From Hyphomicrobium sp. (lineage in GTDB: Bacteria; Pseudomonadota; Alphaproteobacteria; Rhizobiales; Hyphomicrobiaceae), in assembly GCA_035687305.1 (NCBI GenBank), contig DASRYA010000181.1:7527-71526 (forward strand): DNA of 64,000 nt. Reading direction: 5' to 3'. Under the pieces are notes generated by a model, which worked only from the letters and a program-made list of their open reading frames with translations, was not told the DNA's origin and did not search any database. Positions 8,249 through 18,060 of the stretch are shown here, in pieces. The translations under genes and the position numbers were made by a program. How positions within the stretch are numbered: the first letter of the stretch is position 1; every line of letters begins with the position of its first letter.

Positions 8249-9803
8249 GTTGTCCCCTCCCCGCCTCGCCTTCGCTGACGAGCCGGCGGCTGATCTTTCC
8301 CGACTCCGTCTTCGGCAACGACGGGCGGAACTCGACGAATTTCGGAACCATGTAGTCTTCGAGGAAACGCGCGCAGTGGCGCAAGATATCGGTCTCGGTC
8401 ACCTCCGCGCCCGGTGCCAGGGCGATCACCGCCTTGATGGCATGGCCGAGGATCGGATCGGGCACACCGATCACCACGACCTCCGCCACGCCGGGCAGCG
8501 CATAGATGACGTTCTCGACCTCCTTCGGAGCAACCTTCTCGCCGCGGGACTTGATGATGTCGTCCTTGCGCCCGACGAAGTAGAGGAAGCCTTCCGCATC
8601 GGTGCGGAAGAGATCACCGGTGTGCAGTACCTTCTCCCACGGATGTGGACCAGGGCGCAGCGCCCGCGCCGTCGCCTCCTCGTTCTCCCAGTAGCCCTTC
8701 ATCACGTGCGCGCCGCGGATCACCAGCTCGCCGACGACGCCGGGCGCAGCGCGGTTGCCGCTCTCATCGACGACATAGGCTTCGGTGCCGGGGATGGCGA
8801 TGCCGACCGACGTGATGCGGTTCTTGAGCTCGGAGGGCGGAAGCCAGGTGCAGCGCTTGCATTCCGTGAGACCATACATCGAGTAGAGCGCCACGTGAGG
8901 GAACAGCGCCTGCAGTCTCTCGATGTGCGCCGGGGGAAGCGCGGCGGCTGTGTTGGTGATGTAGCGCAGGTGAGGCAGCGCGCCGGCCGCCAGATTGCGC
9001 TGCGCGACGAGGATCGCCGCCATGGTCGGCACGAGCGGCAGGCCCGTCACCTTCTCCTCGGCGCAACGGTTGAGGATCACCTGCGGGAATGCGAAGGACT
9101 TCTCCAGCACCAGCGTCGCGCCGACCTTCACCGCCATCAGCACCTGATAGAGGCCGTAATCGAAGGCGACCGGCAGCACATTGAGGATGATGTCGTCGGC
9201 GGTGTTCTCGAGGTACGTCGTAATCGACGTTGCCGCGGCGACGACGTTCTGATGCGTCATCATCACGCCCTTGGGAAATCCGGTCGATCCCGAGGTGTAA
9301 ATGAGCATCGCCAGATCGAGGTCTATGCCGGGCGCGCCGCGCAGGAGAGAAACGCCGGGCGCCGTGAGCACGTCGTTCCAGTGCGCAGCACCACTGACGC
9401 GGGGTGCGGCTTCGCCATCGGCAACAACCGTCAGCATCACCGACGGAGCGGCGCTCGCCGCTTCGGCCGCGACCTCCACGATCTTCTGCTGGGTGATCAG
9501 CGCGCGGGCACGGCAGTTGTTCAGGATGTAGGCGAGCTTGTCCGCCTTGGTCGAAGGGTTGACGGGGCTGAACACCGCGCCGGCCTTCATCACCGCAAAA
9601 ACTGAGACAACCGCCTCGACACTATTGTCCAGAAACAGAACAACACGGTCGCCGCGCTCGACGCCCCGCGCCACCAGCCCTTGGGCGAGCTCGTCGGAGA
9701 GGTCATCGAGTTGGCTGTAAGTCAGCCGGCGTCCCCCGGCGACAAGGGCCGTCTTATCCGGAAAGCGTTGAGCGCTCTGGCGCAGGAACGTTTCGAAGCG
9801 CAT
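8235..9803 (-). CDS. AMP-dependent adenylation enzyme (acyl/aminoacyl-ACP ligase)
   Basis: YTSGSTGFPKG, AFDYGLYQ, MYGLTE, HTGDL, GRKDDIIKSRGEKV, LPKTESGKI. Confidence 0.9.
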   Translation of the reverse strand: MRFETFLRQSAQRFPDKTALVAGGRRLTYSQLDDLSDELAQGLVARGVERGDRVVLFLDNSVEAVVSVFAVMKAGAVFSPVNPSTKADKLAYILNNCRARALITQQKIVEVAAEAASAAPSVMLTVVADGEAAPRVSGAAHWNDVLTAPGVSLLRGAPGIDLDLAMLIYTSGSTGFPKGVMMTHQNVVAAATSITTYLENTADDIILNVLPVAFDYGLYQVLMAVKVGATLVLEKSFAFPQVILNRCAEEKVTGLPLVPTMAAILVAQRNLAAGALPHLRYITNTAAALPPAHIERLQALFPHVALYSMYGLTECKRCTWLPPSELKNRITSVGIAIPGTEAYVVDESGNRAAPGVVGELVIRGAHVMKGYWENEEATARALRPGPHPWEKVLHTGDLFRTDAEGFLYFVGRKDDIIKSRGEKVAPKEVENVIYALPGVAEVVVIGVPDPILGHAIKAVIALAPGAEVTETDILRHCARFLEDYMVPKFVEFRPSLPKTESGKISRRLVSEGEAGRGQHAPH

Positions 9804-9842
9804 GACGCTACCCCTTGAGCATACGAACGAAGATCGGCCCGT

Positions 9843-10121
9843 CTAAATGGCCATGGCGGTGACCTGCGCCCCGGCGCGCTTACCGGTGACGTACGCTGTG
9901 ATGCGGTTCACGGAATCGAGGTTTTCCGGCACGATCTCGTCGTCCTCGACGACGATGCCGAACTCCGTCTCGAGGTACGCGACCAGCTCGAGAATGCCGG
10001 TGGAGTCGATCAGGCCCGCTGCCAGAAGAGACTCGTCATCGTCCAGACCGACGCGCCCTTCGCGGAAGAGAAAGCTCATTTCGACGAATTCGCGGACGGA
10101 CCGCTGCAGATCATTAGCCAT
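9843..10121 (-). CDS. Stand-alone acyl carrier protein (DltC-like)
   Basis: 92 aa acidic protein with GLIDSTGILELV phosphopantetheine-site motif and IVPENLDSV. Confidence 0.9.
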   Translation of the reverse strand: MANDLQRSVREFVEMSFLFREGRVGLDDDESLLAAGLIDSTGILELVAYLETEFGIVVEDDEIVPENLDSVNRITAYVTGKRAGAQVTAMAI

Positions 10122-10141
10122 GAAAGTGCTCGCTGATAGCG

Positions 10142-12163
10142 TTAATTGCTGGCCGGGGGGGCCGGTGCTGCGCCGGCATTCCTGGACCGGATCGCGTCGG
10201 AATAGGTAGCAAGTCCTGTGCCACGGTGTTCCGTGGGCGAACTGACAAAAGCTCCGTGCCAAACCTGCGTCGAAAGCACGCCGACGAACGCGAGGTTGTC
10301 GCGAAAACCCGTCGACGGCAGCTTGGTGCACTTCTCGACGAGCCGCTCGACGAAATCGGCATCGAAGTATCCCGCCGCTTCGATGTTTGCGCGCGCCATA
10401 TGCTCGAGCACTGCCGCGCCACTGCCGGAGCGGAGGAATGCCTGACTTTCCGGCGCACGGTATGGCTGCTTCGGGCGCTGTGCGATGCCGCTCGGCAGCA
10501 GGTCCTTCACGCTCTCGCGCAGGATGTGCTTCTCGCGCAGCCCCTTCAGCTTGAGACGCGGAGGAATGCGCGCGGCAAGCTCGATCACCCGATGGTCGAG
10601 GAACGGGAAGCGGCCCTCGACCGCGTTCGCCATCGCCACCCGGTCACCCTGCGAAGAAAGGATATAGCCTGGCAGCAGATACGCGCTTTCCAGATACTGC
10701 GCCTGCGAGAGTGGATGCCAGCGCTTGAAATCATCCGGAAGCTGGTCGCGCATATCGGCAAGCGCGTCGTAATCGCCGATCGCATCGCGTAGCGCGCGAG
10801 AGAAGAAGCCTTTGGCGCCCGCGCTCGTTCGAAAGCGCGGCAGGTGCGAATAGAGCGGATCGTCCACGCCGTCCCCATGGCCGCCGAAGAACGCCTCGAG
10901 GTAGCGCTGCGATTGGGCGTTGAGGCGCGGCAGATACGGATAGAGCCGGCGGAGCAGCAGCGGCCGGCGCCGGGAAGCGGGCTGCGCGGCGCAGAAGCGG
11001 CGGACCTTCGCCTCCTTGAAGACGTCGTAGCCGGCGAAAACCTCGTCCGCCCCTTCGCCGGTCATGACTACCTTGATGCCGTTCTCGCGTACGAGCCGCG
11101 AAAGCATCAGCATGGGAGCCGGCGCGGTGCGCATAATCGGGCGCTCGGTGTGACGAACAACCTCCGGCAGAGCGGCAGCGATGTCGCCGTCCTCGCACAG
11201 CGTCACGGAATGGTTGAGCCCCAGTGCCGCAACCATCTCCTGCTGATAGGCGCTCTCGTCGAACTCGGCGGTGGCAAACGCGACCGAGAACGAACGTAAG
11301 CGGTCAGGAACGAAGGTGCGGATTGCCGCTGTGGTGATAGAAGAATCGAGCCCGCCGCTGAGGTACGCGCCGACGGGCACGTCGGCCCGCAGGCGGATCT
11401 TCACCGCGTCGAGAAGCAGTGCACGCACTTCTTCGGCGATACGGGCTTCCTCGGCCGGCGAAACGGGCCGGTCATCCGCGGCGTCGGGATATTGAAAGCG
11501 CCAGTATTGGCGCGTCGTGATGCCGTCCTGCGTGGCAAGAAGCACATGCCCCGGCGGCAGCTCCGCAATGTCCTTGAAAGGGGTGCGCGGGGCGAGCGGA
11601 AACCAGAAGGTGAACATCTGATCGAGTGCGACGGGATCGAGCGCCGCTTCGACGCCGGGCACGGTGAGCAGAGCCTTCACCTCCGAGGCGAAGGCCAGTC
11701 CGCTCTGGCGCACAGCATAATAGAGCGGGCGCACACCGGCCCGATCGCGGGCCAGCATGAGCCACTTTTTGCGGGTGTCCCAAATGGCGAAAGCGAAATC
11801 GCCGTTGAGCACCTCGACGCAATCGGGCCCGCGCTCCTCGTAGAGGTGAACGATCACCTCGGTGTCCGAGGTCGTCTTGAACACATGGCCCCGCGCGATC
11901 AGATCGGCGCGCAGCTCGACATAGTTGAAGATCTCGCCATTGAAGCTGATCCAGACGGTGCCATCCTCGTTCGACATCGGCTGGCGGCCGCCGTCGACAT
12001 CGATGATGCTCAGCCTCGCGTGTGCCAGCCCGGCTTCGCTATCCGCATACGTGCCGCTTCCGTCGGGGCCGCGATGGGCGAGCGTAGCGATCATGCGAGC
12101 AAGAAGCCCCGCGCGCTGCTCGGGCGCGAGCGGCAGGCGATAGTATCCGGCTATTCCACACAT
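10142..12163 (-). CDS. asnB: Asparagine synthetase (glutamine-hydrolysing)-like amidotransferase
   Basis: N-terminal MCGIAG (Ntn Cys), HRGPD, FNGEIFN, YLSGGLDSS, TGEGADE, RFPFLDH. Confidence 0.92.
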   Translation of the reverse strand: MCGIAGYYRLPLAPEQRAGLLARMIATLAHRGPDGSGTYADSEAGLAHARLSIIDVDGGRQPMSNEDGTVWISFNGEIFNYVELRADLIARGHVFKTTSDTEVIVHLYEERGPDCVEVLNGDFAFAIWDTRKKWLMLARDRAGVRPLYYAVRQSGLAFASEVKALLTVPGVEAALDPVALDQMFTFWFPLAPRTPFKDIAELPPGHVLLATQDGITTRQYWRFQYPDAADDRPVSPAEEARIAEEVRALLLDAVKIRLRADVPVGAYLSGGLDSSITTAAIRTFVPDRLRSFSVAFATAEFDESAYQQEMVAALGLNHSVTLCEDGDIAAALPEVVRHTERPIMRTAPAPMLMLSRLVRENGIKVVMTGEGADEVFAGYDVFKEAKVRRFCAAQPASRRRPLLLRRLYPYLPRLNAQSQRYLEAFFGGHGDGVDDPLYSHLPRFRTSAGAKGFFSRALRDAIGDYDALADMRDQLPDDFKRWHPLSQAQYLESAYLLPGYILSSQGDRVAMANAVEGRFPFLDHRVIELAARIPPRLKLKGLREKHILRESVKDLLPSGIAQRPKQPYRAPESQAFLRSGSGAAVLEHMARANIEAAGYFDADFVERLVEKCTKLPSTGFRDNLAFVGVLSTQVWHGAFVSSPTEHRGTGLATYSDAIRSRNAGAAPAPPASN

Positions 12164-12190
12164 GCACAAACTCCGGAGCGCCTGGCGCCC

Positions 12191-13288
12191 TTACGCAAAC
12201 TCACCGCCGACGAAGCGCGTCCAGGATTCACCGGCAAGCCCAGTGAGCAGAGCCGGTGCATTGCGCACTTCCTCGAGTAGCGCCTTGTCCCGCGCATGCA
12301 CAACCATGGCGGAACCGTGAAACAGCAGACAACGGCGCGCGATGAGGGCTTCGAGCACGCCCGCGTCGACGCGGCCACGCACGCCGACGCATCCCAGCGC
12401 GGCGGCCTGGTGGAACAGGCTGTCGAGCGTCACACCCGCGTGGTCGGGCGCCGCGAGAACCTGCAGCACGCGGGCGATATCGCCCCGGCGCGCAAAAAAG
12501 ATGTAGCAGCCGATGGGGCGTCCGGCGTGCGAATAGACAATCTGCCGATGGGTCTCGCCGTACCGCTCCTTCGCCTCCGCGTGGGAAAGCAGAAATGTAA
12601 GCGACGGCGAATTCCAGTCGGGGTACAGCGCGAAACTGCGGCTCAGCTCGGGGATGATCCCGGCAAGCTCTTCGCTCGTCACGTCTTCAACACGCACGCC
12701 GGCCGGTGCGCCGCTCAACGAAAGCGGATTACGGCCACGGGTCTCGATGAGGCGATCGAATCCGGACGCCAAGGGACGCAAAAGCGAAGCGGGGCGAAAC
12801 GCGTAAGTGGCAGCCGCGACGGCAAGCCCAGCGGGTCGCAGCACGCGCAGCCAATCGAGGCTCGTTGCCGCAAGGCATTCACCACCGACCTTCTTCCACA
12901 TACGCTGCGAGATGTCGTTCGCGGTCTCGCTGAAGGAGAGTTCCTGCGGGCCCGCCAGATATGAACGGAGCAGGCGCGCTCCTGCAGTCGGGTGCGCTTC
13001 GGGACGGTCCACCATCAGCGAGCCCGCAACCGCCGCCTCGATCGTCCGCCCATGCATCTGCAAACGACGCGGCCAGACACCAATGAAACCGCGCACCTCG
13101 CCTCCAGCGTCGATGAACACGCGCGAGCGGGGTTCTGCGCTCTCCGCAGCGCTGGCGAAGATGACATTCTCGAAATACTTCGCGAGCGCTTCGCTGTTCG
13201 GCTGTTTTCCGCGGCGGAACGTGCGGGTGAACATGGCGGCGAGCGCCGGAGCATCCTCTCGCTGGCAGGGACGAACGGTTTCAGCCAT
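12191..13288 (-). CDS. GNAT-family acyltransferase (probable tandem GNAT fold)
   Basis: VRPCQREDAPALAAMF start, G.VRGFIG, LMVD....GARLLR, TAN..SQRMWKKVG acyl-donor-binding pattern; first gene of operon. Confidence 0.65.
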   Translation of the reverse strand: MAETVRPCQREDAPALAAMFTRTFRRGKQPNSEALAKYFENVIFASAAESAEPRSRVFIDAGGEVRGFIGVWPRRLQMHGRTIEAAVAGSLMVDRPEAHPTAGARLLRSYLAGPQELSFSETANDISQRMWKKVGGECLAATSLDWLRVLRPAGLAVAAATYAFRPASLLRPLASGFDRLIETRGRNPLSLSGAPAGVRVEDVTSEELAGIIPELSRSFALYPDWNSPSLTFLLSHAEAKERYGETHRQIVYSHAGRPIGCYIFFARRGDIARVLQVLAAPDHAGVTLDSLFHQAAALGCVGVRGRVDAGVLEALIARRCLLFHGSAMVVHARDKALLEEVRNAPALLTGLAGESWTRFVGGEFA

Positions 13289-13742
13289 GGCGAAGGGACC
13301 TGATTACATCGCGCACCGCCGCGGCGGTTTTCGACCGCGGTATTTTTGCGCGCGCATATGGATGTTGCATAATCCGGACCAACACTTTGGTGTCGGATGC
13401 GCGCCCTCGAACCGAACGCACGTCCCCACTTTCACGGCGGGGAAATTGGGCGCCGAAGTGTTGATAATTTGAATACGCGCATTAACCGCACCGGCGAGGC
13501 GCGCGCGATGCGCGGGCATCGCAAGCTGCTGATTTATCGCGATTTAATTGAGACGGAAGCAGCGACCGTAAAGGTTGTCCTCAAGCGCAATTGCGCACGA
13601 AACGCAACGGCATGCTTAGGAAAGGATGAAAGGAATCGCACAGCCGCCGGTGAATCTTTGGAAGCACGCACGGCGACCGATGTCCCAACGGGGAATTGGC
13701 GACGAAACGGGACGACCCCTGTCCCAAAAAAGCGCGGCGGTC

Positions 13743-14948
13743 TCAGCGGCGAACCGAGGCGGAAGCGCGCTGCGTGCTGCCCTCTTCGGCAAGGTAATAG
13801 CGGTTGACCCAGCCGCTGAGCTGCCCGTAGCGGATGGGGCACCACAAATCGCGACACGCGCCAACGATCTCCACGCCGCGTCCGTCGCGGGAGATTGCGC
13901 CCACCGGTGCGTGATACTCCGACGGGCCACTGCGTACGTTAAGGTGATCACCGTACTCGACACCATAGACCCGGAATGACGGCCGTGTAGGTTGCGCAAC
14001 AGCCTCCGGCACTTGGCGAGCCGCCACCTTACGGGTGGTGGCATGCGCAGTCGCATGACTTCCCGACGCCGTGCGCGGCTGGAGTTTCGCGCTGGCATGC
14101 TTGGCATTCGCCGGCTTGCGCGTTGGCGCCGCTTCCTTCGCACGCTGAACGGGCGGCGCTTTCATTACGTACGGAGCGATGACTGTCGCATCGTCCCAAG
14201 CAACGCCTTCGCCCTCAGCGGGATTATTATCGGCCTGCGCACCCATACCAAGTCGCGAGGGCTCAGGTTTCTTCTGTGCCGTTGCGGCAGCAAGAAGCTT
14301 TCCTAGAGCCGCGGTGGAGAAACGAGACGGAGCTTCAGGTTTGGCCGGCTCGTAATCGGTCTGCGCAACCTCGGCTTCCCCGGGCCGATTGATGATGACG
14401 GTCGGCGCGTCAGGCGCCAAATCTCCTTCAGTGCGCGCACCGTGTGCGGGCGCTGCATCCACTCTCTCGTCGACGAGCGCCACTTCAGGCTCGGGCTCGG
14501 GCGCGCGCACGGGTGCTGGCACGGCCTTCGGCTTTGCGGCTGCAACGACTGGTTTTGGCTCGGGTTTCTGGGCTTCAGTAATGGTCGCGGTGCCGCTCTC
14601 ACCGCTCGCTTCAGCCCACTGCACGCGGTTGCCGTCACGGTGGAGGACCATGCAGCGCGGCTTGGCATCGAACCATCTGAACCATTTCATGCAGAGCTTG
14701 TCGTTCTCGGTCCACCAGCGGCCGCGGTCCTTGGTGGCGCCGAGCGTCAGGCCCAGCGCGCCGGCTTCGGCGGACATGAGCCCGTCGGTGCCGACCTTGA
14801 CGGGAATGGTCATGCGCAGGGGCGTATCGATCTCGAGCAGCGCGCCGGGCATGGCGCGCTTGATATCCTCACTGGTCATCCGTACCGGCGCAGCCATCGC
14901 GGCACCCATGCCGCCAAGCACTCCGATGACCGTGACCAAACGCAACAT
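13743..14948 (-). CDS. Secreted protein with Ala/Pro-rich linker and C-terminal SH3b domain
   Basis: Signal peptide; DHLNVRSGPS...WCPIRYGQLSGWVNRYYL. Confidence 0.8.
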   Translation of the reverse strand: MLRLVTVIGVLGGMGAAMAAPVRMTSEDIKRAMPGALLEIDTPLRMTIPVKVGTDGLMSAEAGALGLTLGATKDRGRWWTENDKLCMKWFRWFDAKPRCMVLHRDGNRVQWAEASGESGTATITEAQKPEPKPVVAAAKPKAVPAPVRAPEPEPEVALVDERVDAAPAHGARTEGDLAPDAPTVIINRPGEAEVAQTDYEPAKPEAPSRFSTAALGKLLAAATAQKKPEPSRLGMGAQADNNPAEGEGVAWDDATVIAPYVMKAPPVQRAKEAAPTRKPANAKHASAKLQPRTASGSHATAHATTRKVAARQVPEAVAQPTRPSFRVYGVEYGDHLNVRSGPSEYHAPVGAISRDGRGVEIVGACRDLWCPIRYGQLSGWVNRYYLAEEGSTQRASASVRR

Positions 14949-15312
14949 CGCTACCCCTTGCCCGCTCCGAATGGAGCCCCTTCATCGTATTAGAAAGTGG
15001 CAAGAACCCGGTTGAAGGAACCGAATTTTCCAGCCATCGCAGCCACCTGCGCCCCAACGTGGCCGCATTGTCCGCTTTGCAGCGGACGCGCGCCCCGTGT
15101 TGGGTCCGCATATCGGCAACCGTATGGCGGATGCCCCTTGGGCCGTTGCGCCGGACGACGCCGATGGCCCGTCTAGAAGAATCACCCGGAAGGATTAAGG
15201 AGTGGTGGCCCGATGCCGCCGCACGCGCCGCGGGCGCAAGGCGGGGCGACTGCGTCGGCGCGAAGCGATCCTAAACAGCGATCCCCGGCAGCTATCGAGT
15301 TGCCTATCCCCG

Positions 15313-17799
15313 CTATGTGCCGCGCGGCTTGGCGCGCGCCGTCGGCAGCGCCGCCGCCGGATCGTCCGGCCACGGATGGCGCGGATAACGCCCCTTCATG
15401 TCCGCTTTAACCGCGGTCCATGAGCCTCTCCAGAACCCGGGCAGATCGCGCGTGATCTGGATTAGCCGGTGCGCCGGGGAGAGCAGGTGCAGCGTGAGCG
15501 GCAGCTTGCCGTTGGCGATCGACGGATGCCGCGTCAGGCCGAACAATTCCTGCACGCGGATGTGCAGCGCCGGAGCGCCCGCGGTCTCATAATCGATAGC
15601 GTGCCGGTTGCCCGTTGGCGCGACGAAGTGCGTCGGCGCCTCCTCCTCCAGCCGCCGCTTCAGGTTCCAGGGCAGCAACGCATCGAGCGCGGCACCGAGA
15701 TCGTCCGCGCCGATGTCGGCGAGCCTGGTCTTTCCCGCGAGAAACGGAGCGAGCCAATCGGCGGCGGTTGCATTCAGTGCGGCGTCCGAGAGATCCGGCC
15801 AATCGCTCCCGCCCGCGGCACGCAGAAACCCGACGCGGTCGCGCAGTTGCATCTGCGCCTTGCTCCAAGGCAGCCGCTCGATGCCGAGTTTCGCGATTCC
15901 TTCGGCAAGAAGGCGCGCCGCCTCCCCGCCGGGGGCGACAGCGCGCGGCTCGCTGGAGAGCACGATGGCATCCAGCCGGCGTACCCGGCGCGCCCTCAGG
16001 GCCGCGGCAGCCGCATCGAACTCGATCTCGTCCCGTTCGCGGATACGCTCACCGGCCGCCGCGAGCACGTCAACCTCCGCCGCTGCCGCGGCAAGAAGAA
16101 TGCGCGTCGAGGCGGCCGCGCCGGACATCTCCGCCACGACGAGATAGGGCGCCCGCGCCAGCGCATGGGAGGCGTCGATATTGGCACCGCGTCCATTCGC
16201 AAGCAGAAATTGCCCGGAGCCCCCGCGCGCTTTGGCGACGCGCCCCGGATAGGCGAGCGCCAGCAGCTGCGCGGTGGAGCGATCGTCACCCTCACGCAGA
16301 GAGCGCGCATCCTTTCCGTGCGCTTCCGCCGCCGTGCGCGCCCACCCGCCTGCAAGCCTGCGCATATCCCCCGCGCGGCGCGAACGGTCGCGACGGAAAC
16401 CTTCGATCCGTTGGGAAAGGTCGATGTCCGTGCCGCCCAGCCCGCGCTCCACCGTGACGGCGGCGATCTCCGCCGCCTCTTGCGCCTGACCGAAGGCCGC
16501 CGCGGCAATCACCATGCGCGCAAGCCGAGGCGGCAGCGGCAACGACCGGAGGGCCTTTCCCGCCTCCGTGATACGCCCCTCCGCGTCGAGCGCCCCAAGC
16601 TCCGTCAGTTCTTCCCGCGCCGCATCGATCGCCGCCGTGGAAGGCGCGTCGATCCAGGACAACGTGCGCGGATCGTGCGCGCCCCACTCGGCGCAATCGA
16701 GCAGCAGCGGCGCAAGGTCCGCGGAGCGGATTTCCGGCTCGGCGAATGCGGGCAGGCTTTGCGTTTGCGGCTCGTCCCAAAGGCGATAGCAGACGCCGGG
16801 TTCGGTGCGCCCGGCGCGTCCACGGCGCTGATCGGCACCGGCGCGCGAGACACGCACGGTTTCGAGCCGCGTGACGCCCACGTCGGGCTCGAAGCGCGGC
16901 ACGCGCGCTAAGCCGCTGTCGATGACGACGCGCACCCCCTCGATGGTGATCGACGTCTCGGCGATGGAAGTGGCGAGCACGACCTTGCGTGTCCCGGCCG
17001 CTGCCGGTTCGAGCGCGATATCCTGCGCCTTCATATCCATCGCGCCGTAGAGCGGTGCGAGCACCACCGCGGGATCGCGGACTCGCTCGCGCAGCCGTTC
17101 CTCGACGCGCCGGATTTCCCCCTGTCCCGGCAGGAACGCCAGGATGGAGCCCTTTTCTTCACGCAGCGCACGCAGCACCGCGTCCGCCATCCGGTCTTCG
17201 ATGCGCAGGGCGGCATCGCGGCCGAGATAGCGCGTCTCGACGGGATAGGCGCGGCCCTCCGAGGCGATGACAGGCGCCGCGCCGAGAAGCTGCGCCACGC
17301 GGGCCCCATCGAGCGTTGCCGACATGGGCAGGATACGCAGGTCCTCCCGCAGCCCGCGCTGACAATCGAAGGCCAACGCGAGGCCGAGATCGGCATCGAG
17401 CGAACGCTCGTGAAATTCGTCGAAGAGCACCGCACCGATACCGGAGAGCTCCGGATCGTCGAGGATCATGCGCGTGAAGATGCCTTCGGTGACGACCTCG
17501 ACGCGGGTTTTTGCGCCCACCTTCGTGAGCATCCGCGTGCGCAACCCGATGCGCGCGCCGACCGTCTCACCCAAGGTGTGGGCCATGCGCTCGGCGGCGG
17601 CGCGCGCAGCGATGCGGCGTGGCTCCAGCACGAGTATCTTGGCGCCGCCCAGCCAAGCCTCCTCCATCAGCGCCAGCGGCACGCGCGTCGTCTTGCCCGC
17701 GCCGGGCGGCGCTACGAGCACAGCCGCGGAATGGGCGGCAAGCGCCGCGCGCAGCTCGCCCAGGACGGCGTCGATGGGAAGCGGAGTGCCAAATTTCAT
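15313..17799 (-). CDS. hrpB: ATP-dependent RNA helicase HrpB
   Basis: APPGAGKTT, EPRRIAA, DEFHER, MSAT, ATSIAETSITI, QRRGRAGR, C-terminal KGRYPRHPWP; true start MKFGTPLP at 17799. Confidence 0.95.
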   Translation of the reverse strand: MKFGTPLPIDAVLGELRAALAAHSAAVLVAPPGAGKTTRVPLALMEEAWLGGAKILVLEPRRIAARAAAERMAHTLGETVGARIGLRTRMLTKVGAKTRVEVVTEGIFTRMILDDPELSGIGAVLFDEFHERSLDADLGLALAFDCQRGLREDLRILPMSATLDGARVAQLLGAAPVIASEGRAYPVETRYLGRDAALRIEDRMADAVLRALREEKGSILAFLPGQGEIRRVEERLRERVRDPAVVLAPLYGAMDMKAQDIALEPAAAGTRKVVLATSIAETSITIEGVRVVIDSGLARVPRFEPDVGVTRLETVRVSRAGADQRRGRAGRTEPGVCYRLWDEPQTQSLPAFAEPEIRSADLAPLLLDCAEWGAHDPRTLSWIDAPSTAAIDAAREELTELGALDAEGRITEAGKALRSLPLPPRLARMVIAAAAFGQAQEAAEIAAVTVERGLGGTDIDLSQRIEGFRRDRSRRAGDMRRLAGGWARTAAEAHGKDARSLREGDDRSTAQLLALAYPGRVAKARGGSGQFLLANGRGANIDASHALARAPYLVVAEMSGAAASTRILLAAAAAEVDVLAAAGERIRERDEIEFDAAAAALRARRVRRLDAIVLSSEPRAVAPGGEAARLLAEGIAKLGIERLPWSKAQMQLRDRVGFLRAAGGSDWPDLSDAALNATAADWLAPFLAGKTRLADIGADDLGAALDALLPWNLKRRLEEEAPTHFVAPTGNRHAIDYETAGAPALHIRVQELFGLTRHPSIANGKLPLTLHLLSPAHRLIQITRDLPGFWRGSWTAVKADMKGRYPRHPWPDDPAAALPTARAKPRGT

Positions 17800-18060
17800 A
17801 GCCGGTGTATCGGGGAACGGGGCCCGTTGCGCAACTATGCGCAAACCGGCGCGCGGACTGCTATACTCGGCGCCGCGGGTGGAGCGGAACCTGTGGCAGA
17901 TCCGATACGGCACGCCATCCTTTGCCCCGTCCACAGCACCGTTGCCGCGGGAAAACGCCGGGAATCGGGACCGCGTCCCCTGCCCCCAAAGCAAGCGACA
18001 CGCGGTCTTGACCGCCCTGTGCCAAGCGTTGCATGAGGCCCTCTCGCGAGGGAGCGCAAG

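Noticed and set aside
13289-13742. CtrA-like TTAA sites upstream of the ACP operon
   Set aside because: Only half-sites found, no TTAA-N7-TTAA match
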